From Eledone cirrhosa (lineage: Eukaryota): a DNA stretch of 64,000 nucleotides. The notes under the pieces were generated by a model. That model ran no database searches. It was not told the origin of the DNA and was given only the letters and a program-made list of their open reading frames with translations. This document shows positions 26,370 to 42,023 of this stretch, piece by piece. Both the position numbers and the translations under genes were made by a program. The stretch is taken from NCBI GenBank assembly GCA_964016885.1, contig OZ024742.1, forward strand, positions 121,148,001 to 121,212,000. Reading direction: 5' to 3'. Each line of letters opens with the position of its first letter. The stretch's first letter is position 1.

Positions 26370-27315
26370 ACGGTTGCTAGGAGATAAAGGGGGCCCCACC
26401 CACATCTAGAATGCTATCATTTAATTTTGATAATGAATAAATAGCATTTTTAAAAAATACACAAGTGAAAACAAAACAGTGCAATCAAATTTTTGCGGAA
26501 AAAATGTGTATTTTTTTTTACTTATAGTGCATATATATTTACTGTACATATTACTGGCAGTATACAGTAATACTAAATGTTAATACAGAATGTTATAATT
26601 GAATTTTTAAATAATTGTGAATGTATATTATACTGTTATTTAGAGTAGAGTATGCAAGTGACCGTTCTTATCTTCTCCAATAAAAATATAAAGTACCTTG
26701 CGAAATATACACATCCAGAGACTTTCAATAATGTCTTTTGGTCTTTCATACTCTCTCAATATATATATATATATCTGGAAATGTGGGTACATGTGTATAT
26801 ATAAAGATGTATGTTTTTAACTTGTACAAAAATTATTTGGCAACTCATTTCTCCCTAGGAAATTTAGACTGAAGAACTGACCACTAATTGATTTTACATA
26901 TGTCTTTAACCCATTGATATAGAAAATTATTTGGCTAGCAGCTCGTGTGAATGTGTAAGTATATATATATATATATATTATATATGCGTGTGTGCATATG
27001 TGTGTTTATGTATGTATGCATGCATGAATGAATACTGTAAACTATAAATTAAGACAACCAGTGATTCCAACTGTTAGCACTATCATATATTTTGGTTTCT
27101 ATTAATTCCCTAGGGAATTGTTTGACCAAATGCTTTGCTTATTTGTTTATTTATTAAAAAAAAAATTCTTTCTCTAAGACTTTTTTAAAAGATATTTTTT
27201 TGAAAGCAAAGCATTGGCCTTTAAAATACTACAGTGGGATCCTGCAATGCTACCGTGGGCCCCCTGGGGTCCACTTGCTATTGGGCAGCCTGGCAACCTG
27301 GCCTGTCCGCCATTG
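26370..27315. mobile_element. hAT-like non-autonomous element, left end lost (family of 34875-36719)
   Basis: Internal sequence is collinear with 34900-35110 and 36420-36719. The right end is gtccgccattg. Confidence 0.7.
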
Positions 27316-27343
27316 ATTATGTCTATTTACAAAAAATAAATAA

Positions 27344-27425
27344 CAGTATTAGTAGAATTCGAACCCACGTTTACAGAGACACTGGTGCCTAAAACCAGCG
27401 CCTTAGACCACTCGGCCACGCTATC
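27344..27425 (-). tRNA. tRNA-Leu(UAG), probably a pseudogene
   Basis: gatagcgtggccgagtggtctaaggcgctggt tt TAG gc accagt...gtgggttcgaattctac. The D arm and anticodon arm are intact, the T-stem and acceptor 3' strand are mismatched, and a T-run lies downstream. Confidence 0.8.
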
Positions 27426-27731
27426 TTATTATAACTGTTATTGTATTTACTTTTAACAATGCTTCTTGTTTGAAAATATTTTACTGTTAGGAAAATTAAA
27501 ATTAGTTGATATTGGAAAATGTTAAACGACTCATTCAATTGTTAATGTTTTAAATCAAAAGTTGTCTCCCTTATGTTACTTGAAAATAATTGCCATTATC
27601 AAAAGTTTTAACACTAATAATTCCTTATAATAGGTTAAATTTCAATTAGATCTTGTTTGTCTAACGGTACCCTGAGTGTGAATCTGTGTATGTATCCATG
27701 TATGCGCGTATATGGTTGTGTGTGTGTGTGC

Positions 27732-27857
<126 letters not shown>

Positions 27858-28083
27858 CTGTTTGTTGGTGTTTTTGTGTGTGCTTGTTTTCTTTTCAGGC
27901 TCTGGGAAAGCCCTGCAGTTAAGGACATCAGATATATTACAAAAACAAACAAACAAACAAAAGCGCTCTTTATTTCTTACAGCACCTTTAAAATATCTTC
28001 TATAATTGGTAGGAACGGTAAAATGTATGTGTATAGAAAAACACCAGTAACTCGAAATGTCAGCTTTATCTTATATGAAAAAT

Positions 28084-28122
28084 TGGCCTCGGTGGGATCC
28101 GAACCCACGCCTAAGAGACTGG
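28084..28122 (-). pseudogene. 3' half of a tRNA-Leu, truncated at the Penelope junction
   Basis: The minus strand reads ccagtctcttaggcgtgggttcggatcccaccgaggcca followed by a T-run. Confidence 0.7.
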
Positions 28123-28124
28123 CT

Positions 28125-29620
28125 TTGTATGCTAACACATACAAAGACTGGCATCCAGTTATAGCATTGTGAGCACAAACAAATCAAGATGCTGTAGGAC
28201 AGAAGATAGGAGAGACACAGAACAGTCAGGAATTAGAGAAAAACACAATGGAAAGCATCCAGCAAATAGCTAACTCCATCCACCAGAGTATTAGAGTTAC
28301 TGTAGACTACCCAAGCAAACACCCCAACCATCGATTACCTGTACTAGACACAGAGCTCTGGTTAGATACCATTAATAACAAAAAACAAATCCTCCATTCC
28401 CATTATGCCAAACCCATGACTTCCAAATATCTGATCCAGCGAAACTCAGCTGTTTCGGACCATACCAAAATCAACATACTGATTGCGGATTTGGTACGGG
28501 TGATGAGAAACGTGTCCCGCATGTGCAACCCCGAAGAACTAGAGAGACACATACAACACTTCATCCATCGTATGCAGTTCTCTGGTTACAATCAGAAAGA
28601 TAAAATCAGAGTGTATAGAGGAGCCAGAACCAAATGGGAAAAAATGGTAAATAATGACACAAATGGGACCTGCCCCTTGTATAGGAGCAAATTTTGGAAT
28701 AGAATAGAAAGAACTAGGAATAAGGCTAACAGAATAAACTCATGGTATGATAGCAATAAATACCAGAGTGTAATGTTCATCGATACAACCCCTAGAGGTG
28801 AATTAGCTTACAAATTTAGAAGGGCCCTAGATAAACATAAACTCAATATTAAGATAGTAGAAAGACCAGGTACCTCCATAAAAACACTTATTAGCAAGAC
28901 ATACCCTTTTCAAAGACCCCCCCCCCCGTAAGATAAGAAATGTATAACCTGTAAAATAAGCCCCCATATTAACTGTAAAACTAGAAATGTAGTATATAGC
29001 ATAAGATGTACCGAAGGACAATATAGAGATAAAAATATAATGTACATAGGTGAGACAGCTCGTAGTGTAGGGGAACGGATAAATGAACACTGGCGAGACC
29101 TTCAAGATAGTAAAGAATCATCTGTACTCTACCAACATGCTAAAATAGAACATAAGGGTAAATTAGAGAACATAGAAATAAAAATAGAATCTACACACAG
29201 AAAAGACGCAATGTTTAGACAAATTACAGAGGCAATAAACATAAAAGAATTACAACCAAAATTAAATAGAAAACATGAGTGGAACAGCAACATCACAACT
29301 TACAATTAAGGACAAAATGAAAACACACACGCACATAGAACAAACAACCAACCAGTAACATGTAAATAAACAAATAAATAAACGAATATAAACACACACA
29401 GACACCCGGATGTGGCGCATGCGCAGACTGAGCACACAACACACACACAGAAACAAGATGGCGTAGGACAGAACAAAGGAGAGGCACAAAAACAAAGAAA
29501 AGAATCCCCAGTCACTGAAGAGGTCACAGAATGTATGACGAAAGAACTTTGACAATATATAAACAACCATCTGGTTGTGGAACCAACCAACCAACCAACG
29601 GGAAATTTATAAATTCCTAA
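28125..29620 (+). mobile_element. 5'-truncated Penelope-like element (RT thumb + GIY-YIG endonuclease + 3' pseudo-LTR)
   Basis: LPVLDTELW...HYAKP, then CKTRNVVYSIRC...MYIGETARSVGERINEH...EAINIKELQPKLN. The frame is broken at about 28920-28931. Confidence 0.9.
29511..29553 (+). ncRNA. Minimal type I hammerhead-like motif in the Penelope 3' region
   Basis: Same motif as 25926-25968, with one stem II mismatch. Confidence 0.55.
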
Positions 29621-29765
29621 ATTTATAAATTTATTATAATAAATTGAAGTGAAAGCAACTGGTGCGTGTGTTTCTTATTGGCAACATGACCCTCCCAAAG
29701 TATAACAATATCGGTTTCAACACACGTTTTCAGATAAAGAATCTTGCTAAACAAATTCAGAAACG

Positions 29766-29871
<106 letters not shown>

Positions 29872-30064
29872 GAGTATATATATATATAAGTATATATATG
29901 TGTATATATATATGTGTATATATATGTGTATATATATGTGTATGGAGGAACTTTAAAATATTTAGTAAGAACGGTGCAACTTACTACGTATAAATACACG
30001 CAGTAAACTGTTTTCCTAAAAGACCTTTACGTCTATTTACAAAATATATATTTGAATATAATAT

Positions 30065-30080
30065 TGGCAGCGGTGGGATT
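30065..30080 (-). pseudogene. 3'-terminal remnant of a tRNA-Leu
   Basis: The minus strand aatcccaccgctgcca is the canonical Leu tRNA 3' end. It shares the downstream flank gtctatttacaaaa (30031) with the 27344-27425 copy (27321). Confidence 0.55.
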
Positions 30081-30114
30081 TCTATGTGCCATAATCTGGT
30101 GAATTCTTTGAAAA

Positions 30115-31503
30115 CTAGAGCAAGGAATTCAGCGTACAAGTAGGCATCTACCAAAGCTCTGTCCTTAGCTCTTCTCCTGTTTATTATCGTACTGCAGGCT
30201 ATAACAGAGGAGTTTAAGACCGGTTGTCCATGGGAACTTCTGAATCGGATGATCTTACACTCATAGCTGAATCCATGGTAGAACTAGAGAAGAAATTCCA
30301 AACATGGAAGCAGGGCCTAGAAAGAAAGGTCCTAGTAAATAGATGAGAAAGCTGAGCCCAGATCCCTTCAGGGAAATGGCCTTGCTCAATATGTAGAAAG
30401 GTGTAGGTAGGAATTCCATCCTCTGTCCCAAATGCTAACTATGGGTACACAAGAGTTGGAGTGGGATCTCAGGAAGTTTAGCTAAGAATGTAGGCTTTAC
30501 ACATAGCAGTTGCACCCGGTCAGTAAACAGCAAATGACCACAGGAAACAAGTGCTATCAAAATATGGGAGGGCTCGGTAGAAACAGTAGACAGCTTCTGC
30601 TACTTAGGTGACCAAATTAGCAGAGCAAGTGGATGTTCTGAAAGTACAGTAGCCTGAGTAAGAACGGGATGGAAGAAGTTGAGGGAGCGCTACCACTGCT
30701 AGCTACAAAAGGCTCTTCCTTCAGAATGAAAGCAGACTGTATGATGCATGCATACGAACAGCAATGTTTCATGGTAGTGAGACATGGGAACCATGTCCAG
30801 AAGACTTGCATAGATTGTAAAGGAATGAAGTTTGCATGCTCCGATTGATGTGTAATAGTAATATACGTGAACGGCAAAGCATAAACGAACTGAGAGAGAA
30901 ACTAGGCATAAGAGAAATCAAATGCTGTGTGCAAGAGCGGAGATTACGTTGGTATGGACATGTGATGCGTATGAAGGATGACAGATGCATAAAAAGGTGC
31001 AGAGTGCTCAAAGTTGATGGAAGCCCAATTGCCCAATTGCACCCCTCAAAGGTGATGACACAGGACTGAGATCTGTGGCGTTATGTCGTAATACAGAAGA
31101 CCCAATTCCCACAGGTTCAGTCCAAGACTGAAGCGTATACACAGAGTGCACTACCTCATCCCATCCTCCCATACATCCCTCATGGGGAGAGGTCGAATCA
31201 CTGTAAAGTGGCCGTGATGGTGACTCGGTAAATAGCAAGCAGCCCACACTCTAAAGTGGTCGTGTAGATGTCACGACAAAAAGAACCCAGTCAACACTGT
31301 AAAGTGTTGTGGGGTTTTCACGACAAAAAGTACCCAGCTCTCACTGTAAATGAGGATGGCGTTAGGAAGGGCATCCAGCTGTAGAAACCAAGCCAAAATC
31401 AATTCTCTATGAGCAAGACATGGTCAACTGACCTAAAATTGCGGACAACAGAAAAACTCATCTAACCCATGCCAGCGTGGAAGAATTGATGTAAAACGAT
31501 GAT
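30115..31503 (+). mobile_element. 5'-truncated RTE-clade LINE (RT end, PHD remnant, C-terminus, 3' UTR)
   Basis: LQAITEEFKTGCPWEL, GKWPCSIC, FCYLGD, LRWYGHVMR. The 3' UTR has ggcgttaggaagggcatccagc and a tail ending gtaaaacgatgat. Confidence 0.85.
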
Positions 31504-31637
31504 ATATATATATATATATATATTATACTATATATATATATATTTATATATATATATACATCTATATGTGTATATATATATATATATACACACACATATA
31601 TGCATATACATTCAAACACACACACACACCACACACA

Positions 31638-31679
<42 letters not shown>

Positions 31680-31680
31680 A

Positions 31681-31741
<61 letters not shown>

Positions 31742-31749
31742 AACATATA

Positions 31750-31801
<52 letters not shown>

Positions 31802-31858
31802 TATGTATGTGCATGCATATATATACATATATATATGCATATATATATATATATATAT

Positions 31859-31990
31859 ATAGGAACCAGTAAGACCCCGACAGCTGAGCTCAAGCCGTTT
31901 CGACGGCTAATTCTGGACTAAATGCATTTAGTCCAGAATTAGCCGTCGAAACGGCTTGAGCTCAGCTGTCGGGGTCTTACTGGTTCCTAT
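31859..31990. repeat. Perfect 132-bp palindrome (66-bp arms, no spacer)
   Basis: ataggaacc...ctaaatg|catttag...ggttcctat, centred at 31924/31925. Confidence 0.95.
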
Positions 31991-32067
31991 TACCCACTCT
32001 ACTACCTCAAGTATTGAGTACTTTGGTGCGTTATGGTCCACCTGGTTCCTTACCACATTTCCTTCGT

Positions 32068-32126
<59 letters not shown>

Positions 32127-32214
32127 CCCTCCCAAAGTATAACAACACACACACACATATATATATATTGTGTAGGCAGGTAAGTAAGTAGTTAGGTCGA
32201 GCAGTTTAATCTGA

Positions 32215-33560
32215 ACATTTGTTTTCCTTTGTTTTTTTATGTGCTGTCAAGTAATCTGACCGTCAAGATCACCATAATCAAATATTGTTTCACATGTTAT
32301 CAACGAATATGAATTCCACTCTAATCAAAACGACTAGTTTTGTGAATGATCTTTCCGCCCACTTCTGCCCTCTTTCTTTCTACAAAGCTATTCATTTTTT
32401 GACAGGTTCCCAATGTCATAATCATTGATAATATGTGCAAAAATAGTCAATTGAGAGCACATTGAAGGTCAAATTGCGTGGTAAGCACAAAAAACAAACA
32501 AACAAAACAAAACAAAACAAAAAAAAAAGGCAGGAAAAAATCAAGGTATTTTTCAATAAATTTACCATAGTGCTCTTCAATAAATTTACCATGGTGTGAT
32601 GTATAATGGTATAGTTTGGTATAGTGTGGTTTGGTGTAGTCTAATGTGGGGTGGTGTGCTTTGTTTATAATATGTTTCTAACATAAGGACTTTAATTTCC
32701 ACTGTGATTTAAATCGGAAAAAGAAAATTCCTTTGTTTTTTTTTATGTGCTATCAAATAATCCGACCTCCAAGATGCGCGAAATAAACTTTTTTTTTTAG
32801 TTTATTAACAACAAATATGATTTCTACTGCAATAAAAAACGACTATCTTTGTGAATTGTTTTTCCACCCACTTCCGCCCTCTTTTTTCTTCAAAGCCAGT
32901 CATTTTTGACAGGTTCCCATGTCATAATCATTGATAATATGTGCAAAAATAGTCAATTGAGAGCACCTTGAAGGTCAAATTGCGTGGTAAGCACAAAAAA
33001 AAAACAAACAAACAAAACAAAACAAAACAAAAAAAGGCAGGAAAAAATCAAGGTATTTTTCAATAAATTTACCATAGTGTGGTTTGGTATAGTGTAATTT
33101 GGTGTAGTGCGTTGTGTTTAGTGTGGTGTGGTGTACTTTGTTATAATGAGTTTCCTCTAACGTAAGGACTTTAATTTTCACTTTGATTTAAGTCAGAAAA
33201 AATATTTTCCTCCGTTTTTTCATGTGCTCTCAACCAATCCGACCTCCAACATACTCGAAATTGACTATTTATTTTAGCATATTAACAATAAATATGATTT
33301 CTACTTCAATCAAAAATGACTAACTTTGTAAATGGTTTCTGCCCACTTCCGCCCCCTTTCCATGTCATAATCATTGATAATATGTGAAAAATAATCAATT
33401 GAGAGCACATTGGAGGTCAGATTGGGTGGTAAGCAGGAAAAAACAACAACAAAAAAACAACAACAACTTTTCAAACAGAAATCCCGGTGTTCTATAAATT
33501 TACCGGGATGCAGTATAATCTGGTTTGGTGTAGTGCAGGTTAATGTGGTGTGATGTCTTG
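32215..33560. repeat. About 3 tandem ~480-500-bp units, each with internal inverted repeats
   Basis: Unit starts tttttatgtgct.tcaa..aatccgacc at about 32231, 32735 and 33214, each followed by gagagcac.ttgaaggtcaaattgcgtggtaagcac. Confidence 0.8.
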
Positions 33561-33636
33561 TGAGGTATAACGTGATTCTCTCTAATCTTTAAAATGTAAT
33601 GCCTATCTTCTACATCTTAAAATAATGACCTCAAAG

Positions 33637-33705
33637 TTGACCAGGATTGAACGCAGGCTCAGGATCTCCACCGTCTCTAGTACCTACCGCTAGACCACAG
33701 AGACA
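33637..33705 (-). ncRNA. tRNA-like Pol III-type unit, copy 1
   Basis: A box tggtctagcgg and B box gttcaatcc. The upstream flank is shared with copies 2 and 3. Confidence 0.45.
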
Positions 33706-34272
33706 ACAACGAAAATCTTATGAAAATTCATACTTATAAACCTACTTACAAAATTTCTAAAGAAAGTGTTGTGGTGTCGTTCATGTCTTAATGTTATTGC
33801 TCCTAATTAAGGTCGACTTCAAAATCATTTGGGTGTTCCATAAACTACATCCTCGTTTTGTTTCACATCTATCTAAACTATATTTAATCCTGTAATCCAT
33901 GTTTCATTTCTGTTGCAACTCATTTCTCCCCCTTCTCCCCCTTTCTCTTTGTGATATTTGAATCTACTATGATTTGGGCTTACTTTATTCATATATATAT
34001 GTTTTTGCATGTCAGATTCAAACTTACAATCATTGGCATTATATATATATATATATATAAATTATTTGTTTGCTAAAATAATCAAATTAAATTAATTCAA
34101 CAGTTAAACTCACATAGGAATAATAAGGTTGCTACCAAAGGGCCAGAAGATTGACAAGTTGACCCTAAATATTACTAATAGCTCTAGGAAAGCCATGAAC
34201 GACACCACATCTTTTAAACTGTGATTTTGAAAGTAGGTTTATAATTATCAATTTTCATTATACTATTGTAGC

Positions 34273-34344
34273 TGTCTCGGTGGCCTAGTTGGGTGAATCA
34301 TAGACAGTGGTGATCCTGGTTTGAAGTTCGGTCCTGGTCGGGAG
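34273..34344 (+). ncRNA. tRNA-like Pol III-type unit, copy 2
   Basis: tgtctcggtggcctagttgg...gttcggtcctggtcgggag, with TTTATAA at 34238-34244 and T-runs from 34363. Confidence 0.45.
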
Positions 34345-34418
34345 TAGGGTTCCGGGTAAACCTTTTTCAGTTTTTTTTCTATTGGTTGTAAAAGAAAAAC
34401 TGAAAACAGTTACATGTA

Positions 34419-34491
34419 CCTCTTGACCAAGATTGAATCCAAGACCAGGATCTCCACCTTCTCTAGTACCTACTGCTAGGCCACAGAGACA
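34419..34491 (-). ncRNA. tRNA-like Pol III-type unit, copy 3
   Basis: The minus strand reads tgtctctgtggcctagcagtaggtactag...attcaatcttggtcaagagg. It is part of a direct duplication, 33637-34050 matching 34423-34830. Confidence 0.45.
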
Positions 34492-34826
34492 ACTACGAAA
34501 ATCTTATGAAAATTCATACTTATAAACCTACTTTCAAAATTTTAAAACAAAATGTTGTGGTGTTGTTCATGTCTTTCTTAATGTTATTGCCCCTACTTAA
34601 GGTCAACTTCTAAATCATTTGGGTGTTTCATAAACTACATCCTCGTTTTGTTTCACATCTATCTAGACTATATTTTAACCTGTAACCCATGTTTCATTTC
34701 TGTTGCAACTCATTCCCCCCCCCCTCTCTTTCTCACTGTGATATTTGAATCTACTATGATTTGGGTTTACCTTATTCATATATATATGTTTTTGCATGTC
34801 AGTTAGATTCAAACTTGCAATGGCTG

Positions 34827-34877
<51 letters not shown>

Positions 34878-35115
34878 TGGCGGACTAGGTCTAAAAATAT
34901 TGGTTGCCGGATGAAAGGGCCCACCTACATATAGAATGATATCATTTAATTTTTATAATGAATAAATAACATTTTCAAAAAATACATAGTGCAATCAAAT
35001 GTTTGCGGAAAAATATCTTACCTTCTCCAATAAAAAATATGTATTTTCCGAAATCCAGAGACTTTCAATAATGACCTTTGGTCTTTCACACTCACCCAAT
35101 GTATATATATATATA

Positions 35116-36386
<1,271 letters not shown>

Positions 36387-36734
36387 ATATATTTATATAT
36401 GCTTGTGTGTCTGTGTCTATATATGTATGTTTGCATGCATGAATGAATACACTAAGCTTTAGATTTAGTAGAATGTACAATCACTGATTCCAGCTATTTG
36501 CACTATCATATAATTTGGTTTCTAGTAATTCCCTGGGGAATTGGTTGACCAAATGCTTTGCTTAATCATGTTGCTTAAACATCATGTTTTGTCTATTTAA
36601 AAAAATATTTTATTCTTTCTCTAAGATTTCAGGAATTTTTTGAAAGCAAAGCATTGGCCCCTAAAATACTACAGTGGGCCCTGCAATGCTACTAGGGCCC
36701 ACTTGCCAGTCCGCCACTGTATATATATATGAAA

Positions 36735-38430
<1,696 letters not shown>

Positions 38431-38455
38431 ATCTATATAGATATTTATTTATATG

Positions 38456-40772
38456 CAGTGATCCCTCGCAGTACGTGTTTAATTCGTTTCATGACCGAGC
38501 TGGTTTTACTAGTTACTCGTTTTACAAATCAATTTTCCATATTGAAATTAATTCAAATATCATTTATCCGTTGTAGCCCCCCAAAACCACCCCAAAAAAC
38601 TTTCTTATGTGTTTTAAAAAAGAAAAGATGCACTCACAAGGGAAATGACAAGGGAAATGAGAATGCAAACGAAATATGTAAATTGTTTTTATTTAATTAC
38701 CTTAAAGATTTATTCGCGAGGAAGTGGGAGGAGGATGACTATTGTTTGGAAGCAGAATGTCCTTCCAATAACAGTTCAGGAAGAACAATTTCTGGTGTTT
38801 TCTCTCTCACTTCGCTGATTTAGGCTTTTTGGACACTTTCTTCACTTTCCTCACTTGCAGGTCGTTTCATTAGAAACATATCAAGCGAAGTCTGATTTTT
38901 CCTGCTTTCCAAAATGTTATGAAAATACGCCAGAGCAGTGTCATCAAATAAAGCAGCTGCACGACCTCTAGATACTTTTTCAGGATGATTTTTTCTACTA
39001 ATTCAGAAACATCCTGCCACTTTACCAACACTACCTTTATGTTACTCGTAGAGAAAGCTTCTCAGCTACAATGTCCTCATCCGGGGAAACAATCTTTTCC
39101 AATGCATCCATATACTACTGCTCCCGAAGCTGCAGAAGTTCATCTGTCGTCAGCTCCTCTGAGTGTTCTTCGATGAGATCGTTAATGTCCCCAACGTCAA
39201 CCTCGAAGCCACGGACTTGCCAAGACACTATCTTCACGACTACAGGTGTCTCAGATATTAATCCATCGAAGTCTCTTTTGGAGACGCAGTCAGGCCACAG
39301 CTGCTACCATGTAGAATTCAGCGTTCTCCTCGTTACACCCTGTCAGTCCATATCGATGATTTTCAGGCAGTTAACAATGTTGTAGTGCTCCTTCCAAAAC
39401 TCATTAAGGGTTAGATTTGTATTTTCGGTGACTTCAAAGCACCGACGAAACAGGTGTTTGGTATACAATTTCTTAAAATTAGAAATCACCTGTTGGTCCA
39501 CGGGCTGCAAGATAGGGGTGGTGTTGGGTGAAAGGTACAGAACTTTTATGAATTTAAATTCATCAAGGATATCATGTTCGAGATTAGGAGGGTGAGGAGG
39601 AGCATTGTCGTGGACGAGGAGAGCTTTGAAAGGAGGATCTTTCTCCAGAAGGTACGTTTTCACTGCTAGTTCGAAGAAAAGATTGACCCACTCGGTGAAG
39701 AATTGCCTGGTGACCCAGGCCTTAATGTTTGCCCTCTACATGACTTGCAGCTTCTTCAGGATTTTGTGCGACTTGAATGCTCATGAGTTTTCGGAATAGT
39801 AGACAAGGAGCGACTTAATCTTCAAGTCTCCACTCGCATTGGCACAAAGTGTGAGAGTTAGCCTATCTTTCATAGGTTTATGGCCTGGCATTTTCTTCTC
39901 TTCAGTTATGTGGGTTTTTCTGGGTATTTCCCCCCCAAAATGGCCAGTTTCATCACAGTTGAATACCTGCTGTGAGATGTACCCCTCGGCTGCGATGAGC
40001 TGACGGAATTCACGCACGAAATATTCAGCTGCCTTCGTGTCAGAACTCGCTGCTTCTCCATACCTGACGACATCCTCTTCTTGAAATTATCGAACCAGCC
40101 ACGACTGGCCTTAAATACACCTGCTGATGTCTCCTCTGTCGATGTTCCAAGGTTCTGCTTAAAGAGATTCCAATACAGCGCTCGTGCTTTCTTGCAGATG
40201 ATGGCCTCCGTAATCATATCCCCTGCGAGTTGCTTCTCATTAATCCACAGGAGAAACAATTTTTCCATCTCTTCGAGGACAGATGTGCGATGCTTGGAGA
40301 GCCTGGAGACACCCCTTTGCTGTTGTAACGGCGTTGATATCGTCCTTTTTCTTCGAGATGGTGCAGATCGTCGACGTGCTTTAGTCGTATTGACGTGGAA
40401 TGTCCACTACACGCACTCCCCTCTCATGTTTATCAATAGTTTCCTTCTTCAATTCTATCGTATCAGCCTTTTCTTCTTCATAGCACTGAGCTTTGCACTA
40501 ACCTTCTAATTATTATAAAATAATAGCAAAATACACACACAAAAAAAAAACACTGGGAAAAAAACACAATAGGGATGCTGCCACAACGAGATAAACACAT
40601 GAACTGAGCGAGCGGAGGCTGCGCTTGTTGGGAGAACGTGTGCGAACTCAGCACCGACTAGCAGTCGCTTGTATGAAACTCGCTCGTACTACAAGACAAA
40701 ACTTCGCATATGATTCGGTTCGTACAGCAACTTACTCGTACAATGGGGCACTCGCAGTGCGAGGTTCTACTG
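38456..40772 (-). mobile_element. Tigger/pogo DNA transposon (~2.3 kb) with a disrupted TIGD1-like transposase
   Basis: CENP-B HTH (MEKLFLLWINEKQ...FKASRGWFDNFKKR) and DDE motifs FNCDETG, KDRLT, DNAPPHP, PNTTPILQPVDQ. Imperfect TIRs cagtgatccctcgcagtacg / cgcagtgcgaggttctactg. Confidence 0.9.
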
Positions 40773-40849
40773 TTATAAATATATATATATATAGAGAGAG
40801 AGATTTGGTTACACAGTTAAAAATGAAATATGCGGGAGTACACTGTGTG

Positions 40850-40915
<66 letters not shown>

Positions 40916-41015
40916 AGTATGTATACGTACATACATATATGTATATAGACGTACAGTAGTATGTATATATATATACATACATGCACACATACATATATGT
41001 ATGTATATATATATA

Positions 41016-41334
41016 CAGCGTATTCCTGGCATTCGCAGTTTGGACATTCGCGGTCCCGGTTATTCCTGGAATTTTCCTTAGTACTTTACTAATAATTGTT
41101 CGTGGAAACCACCGCATATTCGTGGAATCGTAAATATCTTCCGCGATTTTTTATGGCCTTTTTGTGGCAATACATATTTTTTCACGCTTTTTAACGCCAA
41201 ATTATTAATAACAATATACTGTATTTACCGGCCTATTAGACTCCCCTGTGCATAAGACACGACGTCAAATATTCGCGGTTTTTCACTCTTCGCGGGTACT
41301 CTAGGAGGGTAATCCATGCGAATACCGGGTACAA

Positions 41335-41337
<3 letters not shown>
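41016..41337. mobile_element. Tigger-like MITE
   Basis: TA-cagcgtattcctggcattcgc ... gcgaataccgggtacaactg-TA. Confidence 0.7.
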
Positions 41338-41378
<41 letters not shown>

Positions 41379-42023
41379 CACAAGAATCAAAGCTATGTTC
41401 AAAGCATTGCCCCGCCCTCTTCCTTTAGCCGGGAAGGGCAGGCAGTTTTTATCTGTCTGATGGCCATGGCGAAAGAGATAGTATGGTGGACACGTTTGAA
41501 AGGGCTGAAGACGAGCACTTACCTCTTCGGTGATGCCCTGATTAACTTTTTCAAATTTCATTTGAAAAGGAAAATCAGGGTAGAGAGGGAAGTTCTCTCT
41601 TCCCAGCATTTTGTTGAAAGATGAGTGAGAGAAGCAAGTATGGCCCGAATGAATGGGCCTTCTCTGAGTATGTGTCTGTAAATTAAAGGTGGAAAACTGG
41701 GAGAGGGCCCTTGCCCTGGTGGTCAGGGCCACTGTGGTCTTTTAATCGGCTTTCTCCACAAATGTCCCTCGGAAGTCTCCCCCCTATTGGGGAATTTTTC
41801 TTTGTTATTTTATTTCAACCTCTGTTTTTTTTACACGCAGAAATGCCCATTTGTACCGTCCTGTATTGTCCTGTACTGTCCTTAATGTCTACTTTATGTA
41901 AACCCTTGTGGTTAATAAAGAAAACATTATTATTATTATTATCATTATTTTTATTATTATTCTTTGAGTCTCAGTCATTGATGTTATTTAACTGGAAAGT
42001 CTGTTGAAATAAATATCAAGCCG

